Below are positions 50,801 to 60,213 of a stretch of DNA of 64,000 bases, piece by piece. The position numbers and the translations under genes were made by a program. Under the pieces are notes generated by a model that saw only the letters and a list, made by a program, of their open reading frames with translations, was not told the DNA's origin and searched no databases. How positions within the stretch are numbered: the stretch's first letter is position 1; the number at the start of each line of letters is the position of its first letter. Source of the DNA: an uncultured Candidatus Actinomarina sp. (lineage in GTDB: Bacteria > Actinomycetota > Acidimicrobiia > Actinomarinales > Actinomarinaceae); assembly GCA_902619825.1 (NCBI GenBank), contig CACNFT010000003.1:10473-74472 (forward strand). Reading direction: 5' to 3'.

Positions 50801-51288
50801 CATTTGAACCACGAGGAATGGTTGAAGGACATGAAAATATAAAAATGAGTAATTCCATTGTTGATTATGTCTTTAGAGCTTTGGGCTTAGAATATTTGAA
50901 TAGAACAGATATTGTACAAAACCCACCTGAGGAATCTGCTTCAGCTCCTGTTGAGGAAGCTACTTCAGCTCCTGTTGAGGAAGCTACTTCAGCTCCTGTT
51001 GAGGAAGCTGAACCAGTAGTTGAGGTAAAAGAATCAGATCCTCCGAGCAGTTCTAAAGCGACAGAAGTTTCAAATGAAGTACAAGAAGTACAGTTTGTTA
51101 CAAAAGTTAAAGAGGTAGAAGCTTTAGACACAACTGAGGCTACTTCAAATTCAGTCACTACAGTACAAGAAGTTCTTGGTGATATGATGGGTGATGCCCC
51201 TGCATGTCCTGATTGTGGTCACATAACAATAAGAAATGGTTCTTGTTACAAATGTCTTAATTGTGGAAACTCTTTGGGTTGCAGCTAA
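47899..51288 (+). CDS. nrdJ: class II (adenosylcobalamin-dependent) ribonucleotide reductase with C-terminal zinc ribbon
   Basis: 1129 aa with N-terminal NrdJ conservation and a GTG start. C-terminal CPDCG...CYKCLNCG zinc ribbon preceded by SAPVEEAT x3 repeats. Confidence 0.9.
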   Translation: MAKNTGLKINRKYTSPGDPYKDIVWEKRSSRITNPDGSVVFEMNNVEIPSTWSQVATDIMVSKYFRKAGVPQTDENGNELKDDNGNAVLGPETSSKQVFNRLAETWRHWGEETGYFASTEDAQAFEDELKYMLATQMAAPNSPQWFNTGLNYKYGLTGKPQGFWYVDPSTGELTAGEDSYSRPQPHACFIQSIDDDLVNEGGIMDLWVKEARLFKFGSGTGTNFSNLRGEGEKLSGGGVSSGVMSFLKIGDRAAGAIKSGGTTRRAAKMVILDLDHPDIEDFIEWKAIEEDKARALINAGYPSDYNGEAYATVSGQNSNNSVRVPNEFIKALETDGDWELTARTDGSTMKTVKARELWNKIADAAWRCADPGVQFNTTINEWHTSPAGGQIRASNPCSEYLFLDNTACNLASLNLVKFYDDDNQVFDVASYKHALRIWTVVLEISVEMAQFPSKEIAQGSYDYRTLGLGYANLGSLLMRKGIAYDSELGRAIAGALTAMLTGEAYKASAEMASIVGPFPKYSENKENMLRVMGNHRKAAYDSGDYVGISHDLLAIDQDLCPDDLLKGAQESWDGALELGEEHGYRNAQATVLAPTGTIGLLMDCDTTGVEPDFALMKFKKLAGGGYMKIANQSIGPALNALGYTNQQTEEIIQYVIGSMSLDGAPFINKETLIDKGLNDQDIENIENSLPGAFEIQHAFNVFVVGEETMQRLNIQEEEYTSFDFNLLEKLGFTKTEIAEANKFICGTQTIEGALHLKDEDLSVFDCANKCGKDGERFIHYMGHVRMMAAAQPFISGAISKTVNMPNEATIEDIENCYFESAGLGIKAIAIYRDGSKASQPLSASSDDGESEETDPQVSEIIENESMLMHGNYPAGTSPTKAYAGTTRPRFLLPERREGWTQEAKIAGHKVYLRTGEYPDGTLGEVFIDIAKEGATLKGVLGCFAIAVSKGLQYGVPLEEFVDTFTFQTFEPRGMVEGHENIKMSNSIVDYVFRALGLEYLNRTDIVQNPPEESASAPVEEATSAPVEEATSAPVEEAEPVVEVKESDPPSSSKATEVSNEVQEVQFVTKVKEVEALDTTEATSNSVTTVQEVLGDMMGDAPACPDCGHITIRNGSCYKCLNCGNSLGCS
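50938..51010 (+). repeat. 27-bp tandem repeat (about 2.7 copies) encoding ASAPVEEAT in the nrdJ C-terminal linker
   Basis: GCTTCAGCTCCTGTTGAGGAAGCTACT is repeated head to tail. Confidence 0.85.
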
Positions 51289-52613
51289 AAAAACTAAAAA
51301 TAATTTATAACCTACAAATATTTAAAATATCAGTAATTTTACTTGTATCCATGATTGGATATTATTTTTTTGAATTTTATATAAGAGAAAACAATCCAAG
51401 TTTACATTTTTGGTGTATTCAAATAAGTAACGATTTTAATTTTGGTCCATTTAATAGGGTGTCTCTTCCAATACACTGTGATGAGGGTCCATATAGACTT
51501 TCATCACAATCACTTGAGCAATTTTTTAGTAAAAACAATCCATATCAAACCCGACCATTGTATGTATTTTTAATTTATGCTTTAAGCAATTTAATTGATT
51601 TTTTTACCTTTTATAATTTGACTGAATATCAAAATTTTCGATTTTCAATAATTGTTCTACAAATTTTAATTATGACTCCAATTATTTACTTATTTATTTC
51701 TTTATTAAATATTAAATTTAAATCTTTCAAAGATTTTTTTATAATTGTCCTTTTAATAGGAATACCTGGAATAAGGTGGAATATTTTTTTTCCGTCTGCA
51801 GGAAATTTAACACTACTATTTTTTCTAATAGTTTTAAATCTGATAGTTAAGAAAGAGAAGTTTAAAAATGATAAAAAGTCTATTTATTTATTACTAAGTG
51901 TTTTATCTTTGGCACACCTCTCTTCTATTGTTTATGGTTTAATTATTGAATTAGTAGATCTTTTTAATACCAAAAAAATTAATCTTTTAAATAGGATTTT
52001 AGATCTAGGAATACTTGTTATTTTTCCCTTGATATATAGATTTATCGTTCATCTCTCACCATACGAGTTTTATGATTGGCATACAGGTGTTTATAGTCAA
52101 TTCTCTTGGATAATTTATGAGTTACAAAATGGAACATTTTTTAATTTTGAAACCCTTAATACCCATATCATTACCTATATTGAGATTACATCTAATTATT
52201 TAGGATACTTTTTTATTCTTTTATCTTATTTTTTTGCACTACTGTTACTCCTAAAATACAAGAAAAAAGAGATACCAATAAAAGTAAAGTACGCTTTTTT
52301 TATAAATTTAATCATTTTTATATTTTGGGGACTACAAGGTTTATATGAATCATTCAGATTTACTAATTACAGCATCGGCTACTTTTTGTTCATTGCAATA
52401 TTTATATTATTAGTTGAAAGTTTTGAAAAAGATATATATTTGATTACAGCTATCTTTTTCTATATTTTATCTGTTGGTTATATTGAACCTTACAATGAAG
52501 CATTAAATTATCCTCAACTAAATTATTTAACTTTTTTATCGTCCTTCTTATTTTTTGTTTTTATATCTAAAGAGATAAGATTAGATAAAGAAAGTTTAAG
52601 TTATGAATCATAA
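51261..52613 (+). CDS. large polytopic membrane protein, candidate GT-C-fold glycosyltransferase
   Basis: About 12 TM with very low-GC I/F/L/N/K-rich composition. The likely start is internal (about 51351, MIGYYFF), which avoids overlap with nrdJ. Confidence 0.4.
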   Translation: MWKLFGLQLKKLKIIYNLQIFKISVILLVSMIGYYFFEFYIRENNPSLHFWCIQISNDFNFGPFNRVSLPIHCDEGPYRLSSQSLEQFFSKNNPYQTRPLYVFLIYALSNLIDFFTFYNLTEYQNFRFSIIVLQILIMTPIIYLFISLLNIKFKSFKDFFIIVLLIGIPGIRWNIFFPSAGNLTLLFFLIVLNLIVKKEKFKNDKKSIYLLLSVLSLAHLSSIVYGLIIELVDLFNTKKINLLNRILDLGILVIFPLIYRFIVHLSPYEFYDWHTGVYSQFSWIIYELQNGTFFNFETLNTHIITYIEITSNYLGYFFILLSYFFALLLLLKYKKKEIPIKVKYAFFINLIIFIFWGLQGLYESFRFTNYSIGYFLFIAIFILLVESFEKDIYLITAIFFYILSVGYIEPYNEALNYPQLNYLTFLSSFLFFVFISKEIRLDKESLSYES

Positions 52614-54033
52614 AATTCTCATTATTGGAGCAGGGCCTGCTGGCTTAACTGCTGCATGGGAGGCTGAGAAATTAGGCATCAAAACACTTGTTTTAGAAGG
52701 TGATAAAGAGGTCGGTGGAATAAGTAGGACAGTCGAACGAAATGGATGGAGATTTGATATTGGAGGTCATAGATTTTTTACAAAAGTTGATGAGGTTTAT
52801 AAAATTTGGGATGAAATATTGGGCAGCGATGATTTTTTATTACGTCCAAGAATGAGTCGAATATATTACAAACAAAAATTTTATGATTATCCTCTCAAAG
52901 CATCAAATGCTTTATTCAATCTTGGTATTTTTGAAGCAATTAGGTGTGTTCTTTCCTATTTCTATGTAAGAATCAGGCCCCCTAAGAATCAGGACAATTT
53001 TGAAAATTGGGTTGCTGCAAGATTTGGGTGGAGACTATACAACATCTTTTTTAAAACTTATACAGAAAAAGTATGGGGAGTTGATGCAACAAAAATTGGT
53101 TCTGATTGGGCGAGTCAAAGAATAAAAAACCTATCATTAATGAAAGCCATACTTAACGCATTTCAAATAAATAAATCCGGAGAAATTATTACAACACTAA
53201 TTGATAAATTCAAATATCCAAAGTATGGGCCTGGAATGATGTGGGAAACAGCTTATAAAAAATTGCTCGATAAAGGTCATGAAATAAAACTAAATAAAAG
53301 AATCGTTGAGATATCAAAAGAAGATGATCATTATTTAGTTACTACAAAAGATGGGGAACAATTCAAAGCAGATAATATTTTAAGTAGTATGCCACTTGCA
53401 CATCTTCCTAAAACTATAAAGCCCTCTCCTAGTAAGGAAGTATTAAATTCTGGAGAAAATCTTAAATTCAGAGATTTCCTTTCAGTTGCACTAGTCATTA
53501 ATGAAGAAGATGCTTTCCCAGATAATTGGATTTATATTCATGAGCCTGGAGTGAAAGTCGGACGAGTACAAAATTATGGTAGTTGGTCTCCATTTATGGT
53601 CAAGGAGGGGAAAACCTGTTTAGGCCTTGAATATTTTGTAAATATTGGTGATGAACTCTGGAGTATGGAAGATGAAAAGCTTATTGCACTTGCAACTCAT
53701 GAACTTGAGAAACTGTCATTGATTAAAAAAGATTCATCTCTAGAAGGATATGTAGTCAGGATGCCAAAAGCTTATCCAGTATATGATTTAAACTACTCTA
53801 AAAACATAGAAAATATAGCTGATTGGTTATCTAAAGAACATAAAGGCATACATCCAATTGGAAGAAATGGAATGCATAGATATAACAATCAAGATCACTC
53901 AATGATGACTGCAGTTAAAAGTGTAAGAAATATTGTTCTAAATGAAGTTAATGATATTTGGAAAATTAATGTGGAAGAGGATTATCACGAAGAAATTAGC
54001 ACAGGAAGATCAGCTCCGGTACAAAAAGACTAA
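52603..54033 (+). CDS. FAD-dependent oxidoreductase (amine oxidase / UDP-galactopyranose-mutase-like fold)
   Basis: N-terminal dinucleotide motif ILIIGAGPAGLTAAWEA, then VGGISRT and IGGHRFF (compare UGM GAHIFHT). Confidence 0.55.
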   Translation: MNHKILIIGAGPAGLTAAWEAEKLGIKTLVLEGDKEVGGISRTVERNGWRFDIGGHRFFTKVDEVYKIWDEILGSDDFLLRPRMSRIYYKQKFYDYPLKASNALFNLGIFEAIRCVLSYFYVRIRPPKNQDNFENWVAARFGWRLYNIFFKTYTEKVWGVDATKIGSDWASQRIKNLSLMKAILNAFQINKSGEIITTLIDKFKYPKYGPGMMWETAYKKLLDKGHEIKLNKRIVEISKEDDHYLVTTKDGEQFKADNILSSMPLAHLPKTIKPSPSKEVLNSGENLKFRDFLSVALVINEEDAFPDNWIYIHEPGVKVGRVQNYGSWSPFMVKEGKTCLGLEYFVNIGDELWSMEDEKLIALATHELEKLSLIKKDSSLEGYVVRMPKAYPVYDLNYSKNIENIADWLSKEHKGIHPIGRNGMHRYNNQDHSMMTAVKSVRNIVLNEVNDIWKINVEEDYHEEISTGRSAPVQKD

Positions 54034-54078
54034 TTATCTTTAACTTAATATTTTTACTTTGAATATAATTATTTTTTA

Positions 54079-54152
54079 GGGCGCTTAGCTCAGTCCGGCA
54101 GAGCGCTTCCCTTACAAGGAAGAAGTCACAGGTTCAAATCCTGTAGCGCCCA
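54079..54152 (+). tRNA. tRNA-Val (anticodon TAC)
   Basis: Acceptor GGGCGCT/AGCGCCC, D-loop AGCTCAGTCCGGCAGAGC, anticodon loop CTTACAA and T-loop GGTTCAAATCC. No encoded CCA. Confidence 0.85.
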
Positions 54153-54247
54153 CAAGGGTTTTTCAGAAATCTTTACATATATATACTCAAAAGACACCTA
54201 AAAGACACCGCTTCTGTAGAGTTTCATTTGGTAACATACATTTAGTT

Positions 54248-54769
54248 ATGGAATTAGATTTTGAATTTGAGTTAAGCAAAGGAAAACAGAACTCACTTGG
54301 AGAGACATTAAAAGTAGTAGAACATATTCAAAACAATATAAAAGAAATTGATAAATTATTCTTATGTTTTTTTTCTAACAATTCTTTAGTTGCAATGAGA
54401 GCTATGAATGCAACAAAAAGAATAATAAAAGGTGATAATCATATTTTTGTTGAAAATAAAAAAAGATTCATAGATGAGTTTTCAGAGTCTGAACATAATG
54501 TAGTCAAACTTGGGCTTATTACAATTTATTATGATTTCATTTCATATTTTGACGATAAAGAATACAAAGTTATTAGTAAAAATGCAATGAGTTGGGTGGA
54601 AAATAGTAAAGACTGGATGATACTTGCTCAAGGTTTAAAACTTCTAGAAAAATTATCCAATTCAGACGAAATATTGAAGTCAAATGTTATAAGTATCGCA
54701 AGACAGTTAAAGAATGATGAAAGAAAAGCTGTTAGATCTCAGGCACAAAAAATTTTAAAAGACACCTAA
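54248..54769 (+). CDS. hypothetical all-alpha (HEAT-like) protein inside the tRNA-Val-flanked cassette
   Basis: 173 aa hydrophilic protein. It is bracketed by AAAAGACACCTAAAAGACACC direct repeats, and its stop codon lies inside the downstream copy. Confidence 0.45.
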   Translation: MELDFEFELSKGKQNSLGETLKVVEHIQNNIKEIDKLFLCFFSNNSLVAMRAMNATKRIIKGDNHIFVENKKRFIDEFSESEHNVVKLGLITIYYDFISYFDDKEYKVISKNAMSWVENSKDWMILAQGLKLLEKLSNSDEILKSNVISIARQLKNDERKAVRSQAQKILKDT

Positions 54770-54892
54770 AAGACACCAAAATTTTCTAAAACTGTAGATA
54801 CTCTCTGATAACCTCTGATATCTTTCTGAAAAAGCTTACGTTCGTTGACTCTATAAATTGATACTCTCTGATATTACCAAGTATTTAATGGC

Positions 54893-54950
54893 TCTTTCCT
54901 TACAAGGAAGAAGTCACAGGTTCAAATCCTGTAGCGCCCACTAGGGTTTT
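54893..54950 (+). repeat. duplicated 3' fragment of tRNA-Val (anticodon stem to acceptor end) plus about 35 bp of flank
   Basis: TTCCTTACAAGGAAGAAGTCACAGGTTCAAATCCTGTAGCGCCCA is identical to the 3' part of the tRNA at 54079-54152. The flanks GGGTTTTTCAGAAATCTTTA(C/T)ATATATAT are also conserved. Confidence 0.8.
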
Positions 54951-55259
54951 TCAGAAATCTTTATATATATATGTGCCTCAACCCCACATTTTGCTTAAAT
55001 TTTTGTAAACTTTAAATTATGAAATACAAAAAAAACTTAGGTGCTTTATTAGTTTTTTTAGCTTTAACCGGGCAAGCATTTGGCTCTCTTAACTCTAGCT
55101 ACACTCCAACTCAAGCAATTCTTGTTGTTCTGTTTGCGTATCTTGGAATTCAATTAACTTACTTCGTTTATTTTAAAAATAACTAAGACGAGTGCGAAAA
55201 AATTAATTTAAACCCCTTGAATTTATAAATTCACAGAATTTTGGAATTATAATACTTCT

Positions 55260-55973
55260 ATGGATTTTGACTATGAAAATATTCCTATAGGTTATTATGA
55301 CAAAGTTTTGACAGAAGGATTAAAGAAAAAAAGAGGCCTTCAATCAAGTTGGCACAACTTAAAATTTTGTACTGTTAAAGAAAATCTATATGAATATGAT
55401 TCTCACCTAGATATAGCTTGCGGTCCTGGAACCTTTATAGGTAATTATTTGGACAATAGGTCATTTGGAATTGATATTTCAAATAAACAAATTGATTATG
55501 CAAAGAATACTTATCCTGAGCTCAAAGATAATTTTATGGTTTCTGATATTAGATATGAAGCAGTCGATAAAAATGATTTTGATGTAATTACCGTTCTTGA
55601 GCTGATTGAGCACTTTCAACCTAACGAAGTTAATGAGCTAGTAAATTTGCTTATGAGCAAGTTAGGGGAAAATGGTAAATTGATCTTAACCACACCAAAT
55701 TATTCTGGCATATGGTTATTTCTTGAGAAAATAGTCTCTATTGTTGGTCCAGTAAATTACAAATATCAACATATAAATAGATATACAAAAAATAGAATAT
55801 TAAAACAATTTACAGAGTACAGAGTTGAAGTAAAAAAATATATTAATTTTGGAATTTTCTTTTCAATATTTAGTACAGATTTAGGTATATTTATGAATAA
55901 GTTAATATCCAAAATATTTTTTAATTTTTTTGGTTACTCGTTAATAATTACGATATACAAATCTAAAAAATGA
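55260..55973 (+). CDS. class I SAM-dependent methyltransferase
   Basis: Motif I LDIACGPGTF, then motif II/III (DVITVLELIEH). Confidence 0.7.
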   Translation: MDFDYENIPIGYYDKVLTEGLKKKRGLQSSWHNLKFCTVKENLYEYDSHLDIACGPGTFIGNYLDNRSFGIDISNKQIDYAKNTYPELKDNFMVSDIRYEAVDKNDFDVITVLELIEHFQPNEVNELVNLLMSKLGENGKLILTTPNYSGIWLFLEKIVSIVGPVNYKYQHINRYTKNRILKQFTEYRVEVKKYINFGIFFSIFSTDLGIFMNKLISKIFFNFFGYSLIITIYKSKK

Positions 55974-56686
55974 ATCCTGCCAAAGAATATGTCGTAATAA
56001 TCCCTACATATAACGAGGCAAGCAATATCACTGAGTTACTTGATAACTTACTAGATGAGAATTTGCACATACTTGTTGTAGATGATGGTTCTCCAGATGG
56101 TACATCAAAGATAGTTGAAAATAATTCATTTTATAACCAAAGAACTTTTTTAATTAATCGTGGGTCAAAAAAAGGATATGCAAGTGCCTGTATAGAAGGA
56201 TTTGAATGGAGTATAAATAATAAATATGATTTTGTTATCCAAATGGATGCAGATTTTTCACACTCAATAAAAGACTTGAAAAATATGTTACGTTATTCTG
56301 AAGAATACGATTTAGTTTTGGGAAGTAGATACATTCCGGGTGGTGAAATAATCGGCTGGGGATTATTAAGACAAATATTATCAAAATATGCCAATATTGT
56401 CGCAAGAATTATGACTAGATCAAAATTAAAAGATCTGACAACCGGGTTTAGAATTTATGATATCAAGCTATTAAAAAATATTAATCTTAAAGGTTTAGAG
56501 TCTGAAGGGTACGGTTTTTTAGTTGAAATCCTCAATTTAATTATTAAAAAAAATAAAAATATAAAGGAAATACCGATTACTTTTAATGATAGAAAACTTG
56601 GGGAGTCAAAAATGTCCTTTAATGTAATTCTTGACGCTATGAAAACAACTTTAAAAATTGGATTTATTAATTACATTAAAAATTAA
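55970..56686 (+). CDS. GT2 family glycosyltransferase, polyprenol-phosphate mannose synthase (Ppm1/DPM1)-like
   Basis: IIPTYNEASNI ... VVDDGSPDGT ... DADFSH motifs and a ~240 aa size typical of DPM1-like GT2. Overlaps the methyltransferase gene by 4 nt. Confidence 0.7.
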   Translation: MNPAKEYVVIIPTYNEASNITELLDNLLDENLHILVVDDGSPDGTSKIVENNSFYNQRTFLINRGSKKGYASACIEGFEWSINNKYDFVIQMDADFSHSIKDLKNMLRYSEEYDLVLGSRYIPGGEIIGWGLLRQILSKYANIVARIMTRSKLKDLTTGFRIYDIKLLKNINLKGLESEGYGFLVEILNLIIKKNKNIKEIPITFNDRKLGESKMSFNVILDAMKTTLKIGFINYIKN

Positions 56687-56691
56687 ATATT

Positions 56692-58638
56692 TTAAGAATG
56701 GAATTTATAAATATTTACATTACCTTTTGAAAAAATTAGACTACCACAATCACTATCTTTATCTATTACTACAAAAAAAATATTAGAAAAGTTTGCAAAT
56801 TCTGCACAGTCCCCACCATAGAAGTTTCTTAGTTTGTCAATTCTTTCTCTCCAAATTGATATATCTCGGATGTTATAAGCATTGAATTTCCATGTAGCGT
56901 AGGTTGGCACCTGAGTTTCGTATTCAATAAAATTAAGTGTGCTTTTCATAGATGCACTATCGTATAAAGGCAATAGTAAAATATCAATCTCATTTTCTGA
57001 TACAAAATCAAGTATTTCTGAGTCAATTTTTGTATTTAACTCGTCGAAATAATAATCATTTTGAACATTAGTGAATCCTTGTAGAAAAACAAAAAGTGAA
57101 ATTACTATTGAAACAAAATTTAATACGGGTATATTTTCATTTGAAATATATGAACAAATAAAAAGATAAAAGAAGATTAAGAAAACAGATCCAATTCTAA
57201 AAGGAAATAGCATAGTAAATTGGCTAAATGGAAAAATAAATACAATTAACAAATAAATCCAAAAAATAATTGAAATAAAAATAGAAATATCTAATAGTTC
57301 ATTCTGAGTATTTAGTTTTAAACGAAAATAAAACAGAAAAAAAAGAATTGAAGCCATCACTGCAATTCCAAAAATCCACTGATCATTAATAGTAATGAGA
57401 TTATCTGAATACTTATCAAATGGATAAAGATGATGTGGGGCTCTTACTTTAATCATATTTATTAGATTTGAATTAATTAAATCTGAGTCAATGGACATAT
57501 TTGAAAATAAGTTTTGTCTCATTAGATTAATTATTAAAGGTAAAGAGAGTAAAAAAGAAACAAAGTTAAAGGTTAAAATATTTTTTAATTCAAATTTTTT
57601 CAGTTGTATATAAATATATACAGGGAAAGTAACAATCGCCACAGATGCATGAAAATAAAGGGTGAGTAAGTAAAAAAAACAGGACCATAAAAGATTTCTT
57701 TTATAACCAAATATAAAAGAAGTAAGCAAAGATAAGTAAGCAAATACTTTACCTTCAACAGAACCAAAATAAAATTCTCCACTTAGAATTGATTGCTGCC
57801 CAATTAACAATATAATTAAAAAAATTGATGCACCTAAATTAATTTTAAAATTATATGTAAATTCTCGAACAAGAATGGCAAACCAAACACAAATAATAAT
57901 CTCTAATATAATTTTGAAGCTATCACCAAACAAAAGGTTTGAATATTTAACGATAATATTGAACAAATATAAATGTGAATCACCAATATATGCTGAGTAG
58001 GGAGAGTTGTCTACAATTGCATGACCAAAATAAGTTAGTTCGTTAAGTGTAATATTTTGATTTAGTACATCTGATAAAACACCAGCAACTAATAAATAGA
58101 AAATAATACTTAAACTCTTTGATTCTGATAATGCAGAAAAAATATAATAAATAATAATTACTTTAAGTAAGAGCCAAAGTAAACCATTCCACGTAAAAAA
58201 GTAATAGTCATATATAAGCGATAAAAGTATTGAATTAATTGAAATCAAAAAAATTAGCCTAGACTTTTTAATATTATTTATATTTAGATAAATCAAAGTA
58301 AAAATTAGTGTGTTTGTTAGCACCTCAAATCTTTTGCTAGAGCTGGTTTCAACTATTATTCTTTTTTCCTCAACAACTAAATTATTTATTGTTCCCAAGC
58401 AAAAGAAATTGCTTACGTTTGGAAAAACGCTTATTGGTTTATTTACGATTTGAATAAATTCTTCTGGATAAAGATTTTTATATGAAACTACATCATGTAT
58501 ACATCGATCTTGTGTTTCAAATTTAAAATTGACATCGTTATTGAAGTTTGTATTTTGAATTTTCGTAAATGTTAAAACAATCAAAAAAATAACGCATATA
58601 TAAAGTAGTATTTCGTTAGATTTTTTGTTTATCAACAT
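56692..58638 (-). CDS. large integral membrane protein with a C-terminal soluble domain, candidate GT-C glycosyltransferase
   Basis: 648 aa with about 14 TM followed by a ~150 aa hydrophilic C-terminal domain. Confidence 0.4.
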   Translation of the reverse strand: MLINKKSNEILLYICVIFLIVLTFTKIQNTNFNNDVNFKFETQDRCIHDVVSYKNLYPEEFIQIVNKPISVFPNVSNFFCLGTINNLVVEEKRIIVETSSSKRFEVLTNTLIFTLIYLNINNIKKSRLIFLISINSILLSLIYDYYFFTWNGLLWLLLKVIIIYYIFSALSESKSLSIIFYLLVAGVLSDVLNQNITLNELTYFGHAIVDNSPYSAYIGDSHLYLFNIIVKYSNLLFGDSFKIILEIIICVWFAILVREFTYNFKINLGASIFLIILLIGQQSILSGEFYFGSVEGKVFAYLSLLTSFIFGYKRNLLWSCFFYLLTLYFHASVAIVTFPVYIYIQLKKFELKNILTFNFVSFLLSLPLIINLMRQNLFSNMSIDSDLINSNLINMIKVRAPHHLYPFDKYSDNLITINDQWIFGIAVMASILFFLFYFRLKLNTQNELLDISIFISIIFWIYLLIVFIFPFSQFTMLFPFRIGSVFLIFFYLFICSYISNENIPVLNFVSIVISLFVFLQGFTNVQNDYYFDELNTKIDSEILDFVSENEIDILLLPLYDSASMKSTLNFIEYETQVPTYATWKFNAYNIRDISIWRERIDKLRNFYGGDCAEFANFSNIFFVVIDKDSDCGSLIFSKGNVNIYKFHS

Positions 58639-58785
58639 AAAAAAGCTTTTGTAAATAGCCTAGTAATAAAATCCAAATAGTTTTAGCAAGTAATAAATAG
58701 TTAAATTCACTCTTAAATTTTTTGTAAATGCTATTTAGTTAATAAAGAATTTATTTTTTAAAGTGTAATTATAATTATCGAAGTA

Positions 58786-60213
58786 ATGAGAATTGTAAAC
58801 CTGTTTAAGAGTAATTTATTAATTATCCTTATATTTTTGCCACTTCTAGCAAATTTGTTGAATAATATTTTTCAAGATAGTGATATTATCAGCAATTTAT
58901 CATATGTAAATTTAGTCAACTTTTTATCAGTATGTTTGGGTTCTGTTTTTTATTTAAATTTATTTATGAAAATAAATAAATATTTGAAAATTCAGTCAAT
59001 TACGTTGACTTCCTTATTTTTTTTAATAAGCTATTTTTTATTCGACTCAATTTTTGTTTTTCTTTCTAAAAATTTCTCGTTTTCAATTAGTTATTTAATA
59101 GTCAGTTCTTTATGGTTACTAATTCTGATTTTTAAGAAAATTAAAATACTTGATATAAGTAGCATTGGTCTGACATATTTTCTATTTCGATATTTTAATC
59201 ATAAATATTTTGATATCTTATCAAATAATTTAAAATATCAAGAGCTTAACTCAGATGTCCCTTATCAATGGAATCAAATTGTTAGTATGATTTACAATGA
59301 AAATTATTTTTATTCATTAACAAATAATCCTATTAGCGGTCAAGGTTTACTTCTTAGTCATATTCAGGCTTTGTTGTTGAAGATAAACTTTGATACTGAA
59401 AATTTTATTTTTATCAAAAGTAACTATAATTTAATAATTTTTTTCAGTCTTTTATTTATTTTTGATCTTGACATAAAGAAAAAAAATAAAGTAATTTGTT
59501 GCTTGTCTTTTATATTGATTCTCATTAATAATGACTGGCTTTATTATCTTATAACAAATTCTCTTATGTTGGAGGGCCTTGCCAGTCTTCTGTTCGCAGT
59601 ATTTACCTATTATTTCCTTCAATTTTTAACAACTAAAAATAGGGCATCTAAATTCTTCTTTTTATGTTTTGGAAGCCTTGTACTTTCAAAAAATTTTATA
59701 ACTTTAATTGTGTTTTTTTTAATGTTGACGTCTTTATTTTTTTTAAAGAAAAATAAAGACGTAATATATGCTTTTATACCCTATATTTTTTATTTGACAT
59801 ATCAAAGAATATATTCAGCAGAGGTTCAAACTTTTGCATATACAAACGAAATAGATTTTAATAAATTATTATTGGATCTTTTTTATCTTCGCAATCTTGA
59901 ACTTCAAAATATTCTAAATATTTTAAAACAATTTTTAATAGATAAACCAACTAGTTATTTATTTATATTATTTTTCTTAACTAGTGTTTATTACATTTCA
60001 AAATCATCAAAAAGATTTAGTTTCATACAATTAAGCTTCATAATCGTCATATTAAATTACTTACTAGTAAATATACTTTACGTGTCCTATTGGCAAAATG
60101 TAGAATACGAATCTTCATATCGATACATAATAAATACTTTTCATTTAGTTTTTATAACGTTATGTATAAATTTAAATTATTTTGAAGTGTTATCTAAAAA
60201 TAAACGAATTTAA
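58786..60213 (+). CDS. large integral membrane protein of unknown function
   Basis: 475 aa with about 12 TM and extreme AT-driven composition. Confidence 0.4.
   Translation: MRIVNLFKSNLLIILIFLPLLANLLNNIFQDSDIISNLSYVNLVNFLSVCLGSVFYLNLFMKINKYLKIQSITLTSLFFLISYFLFDSIFVFLSKNFSFSISYLIVSSLWLLILIFKKIKILDISSIGLTYFLFRYFNHKYFDILSNNLKYQELNSDVPYQWNQIVSMIYNENYFYSLTNNPISGQGLLLSHIQALLLKINFDTENFIFIKSNYNLIIFFSLLFIFDLDIKKKNKVICCLSFILILINNDWLYYLITNSLMLEGLASLLFAVFTYYFLQFLTTKNRASKFFFLCFGSLVLSKNFITLIVFFLMLTSLFFLKKNKDVIYAFIPYIFYLTYQRIYSAEVQTFAYTNEIDFNKLLLDLFYLRNLELQNILNILKQFLIDKPTSYLFILFFLTSVYYISKSSKRFSFIQLSFIIVILNYLLVNILYVSYWQNVEYESSYRYIINTFHLVFITLCINLNYFEVLSKNKRI

Noticed and set aside
51261-51350. A 28-nt overlap of the membrane-protein ORF with the nrdJ 3' end.
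   Set aside because: It is probably an artefact of choosing the first in-frame Met. An internal Met near 51351 (MIGYYFF) gives a conventional non-overlapping start.
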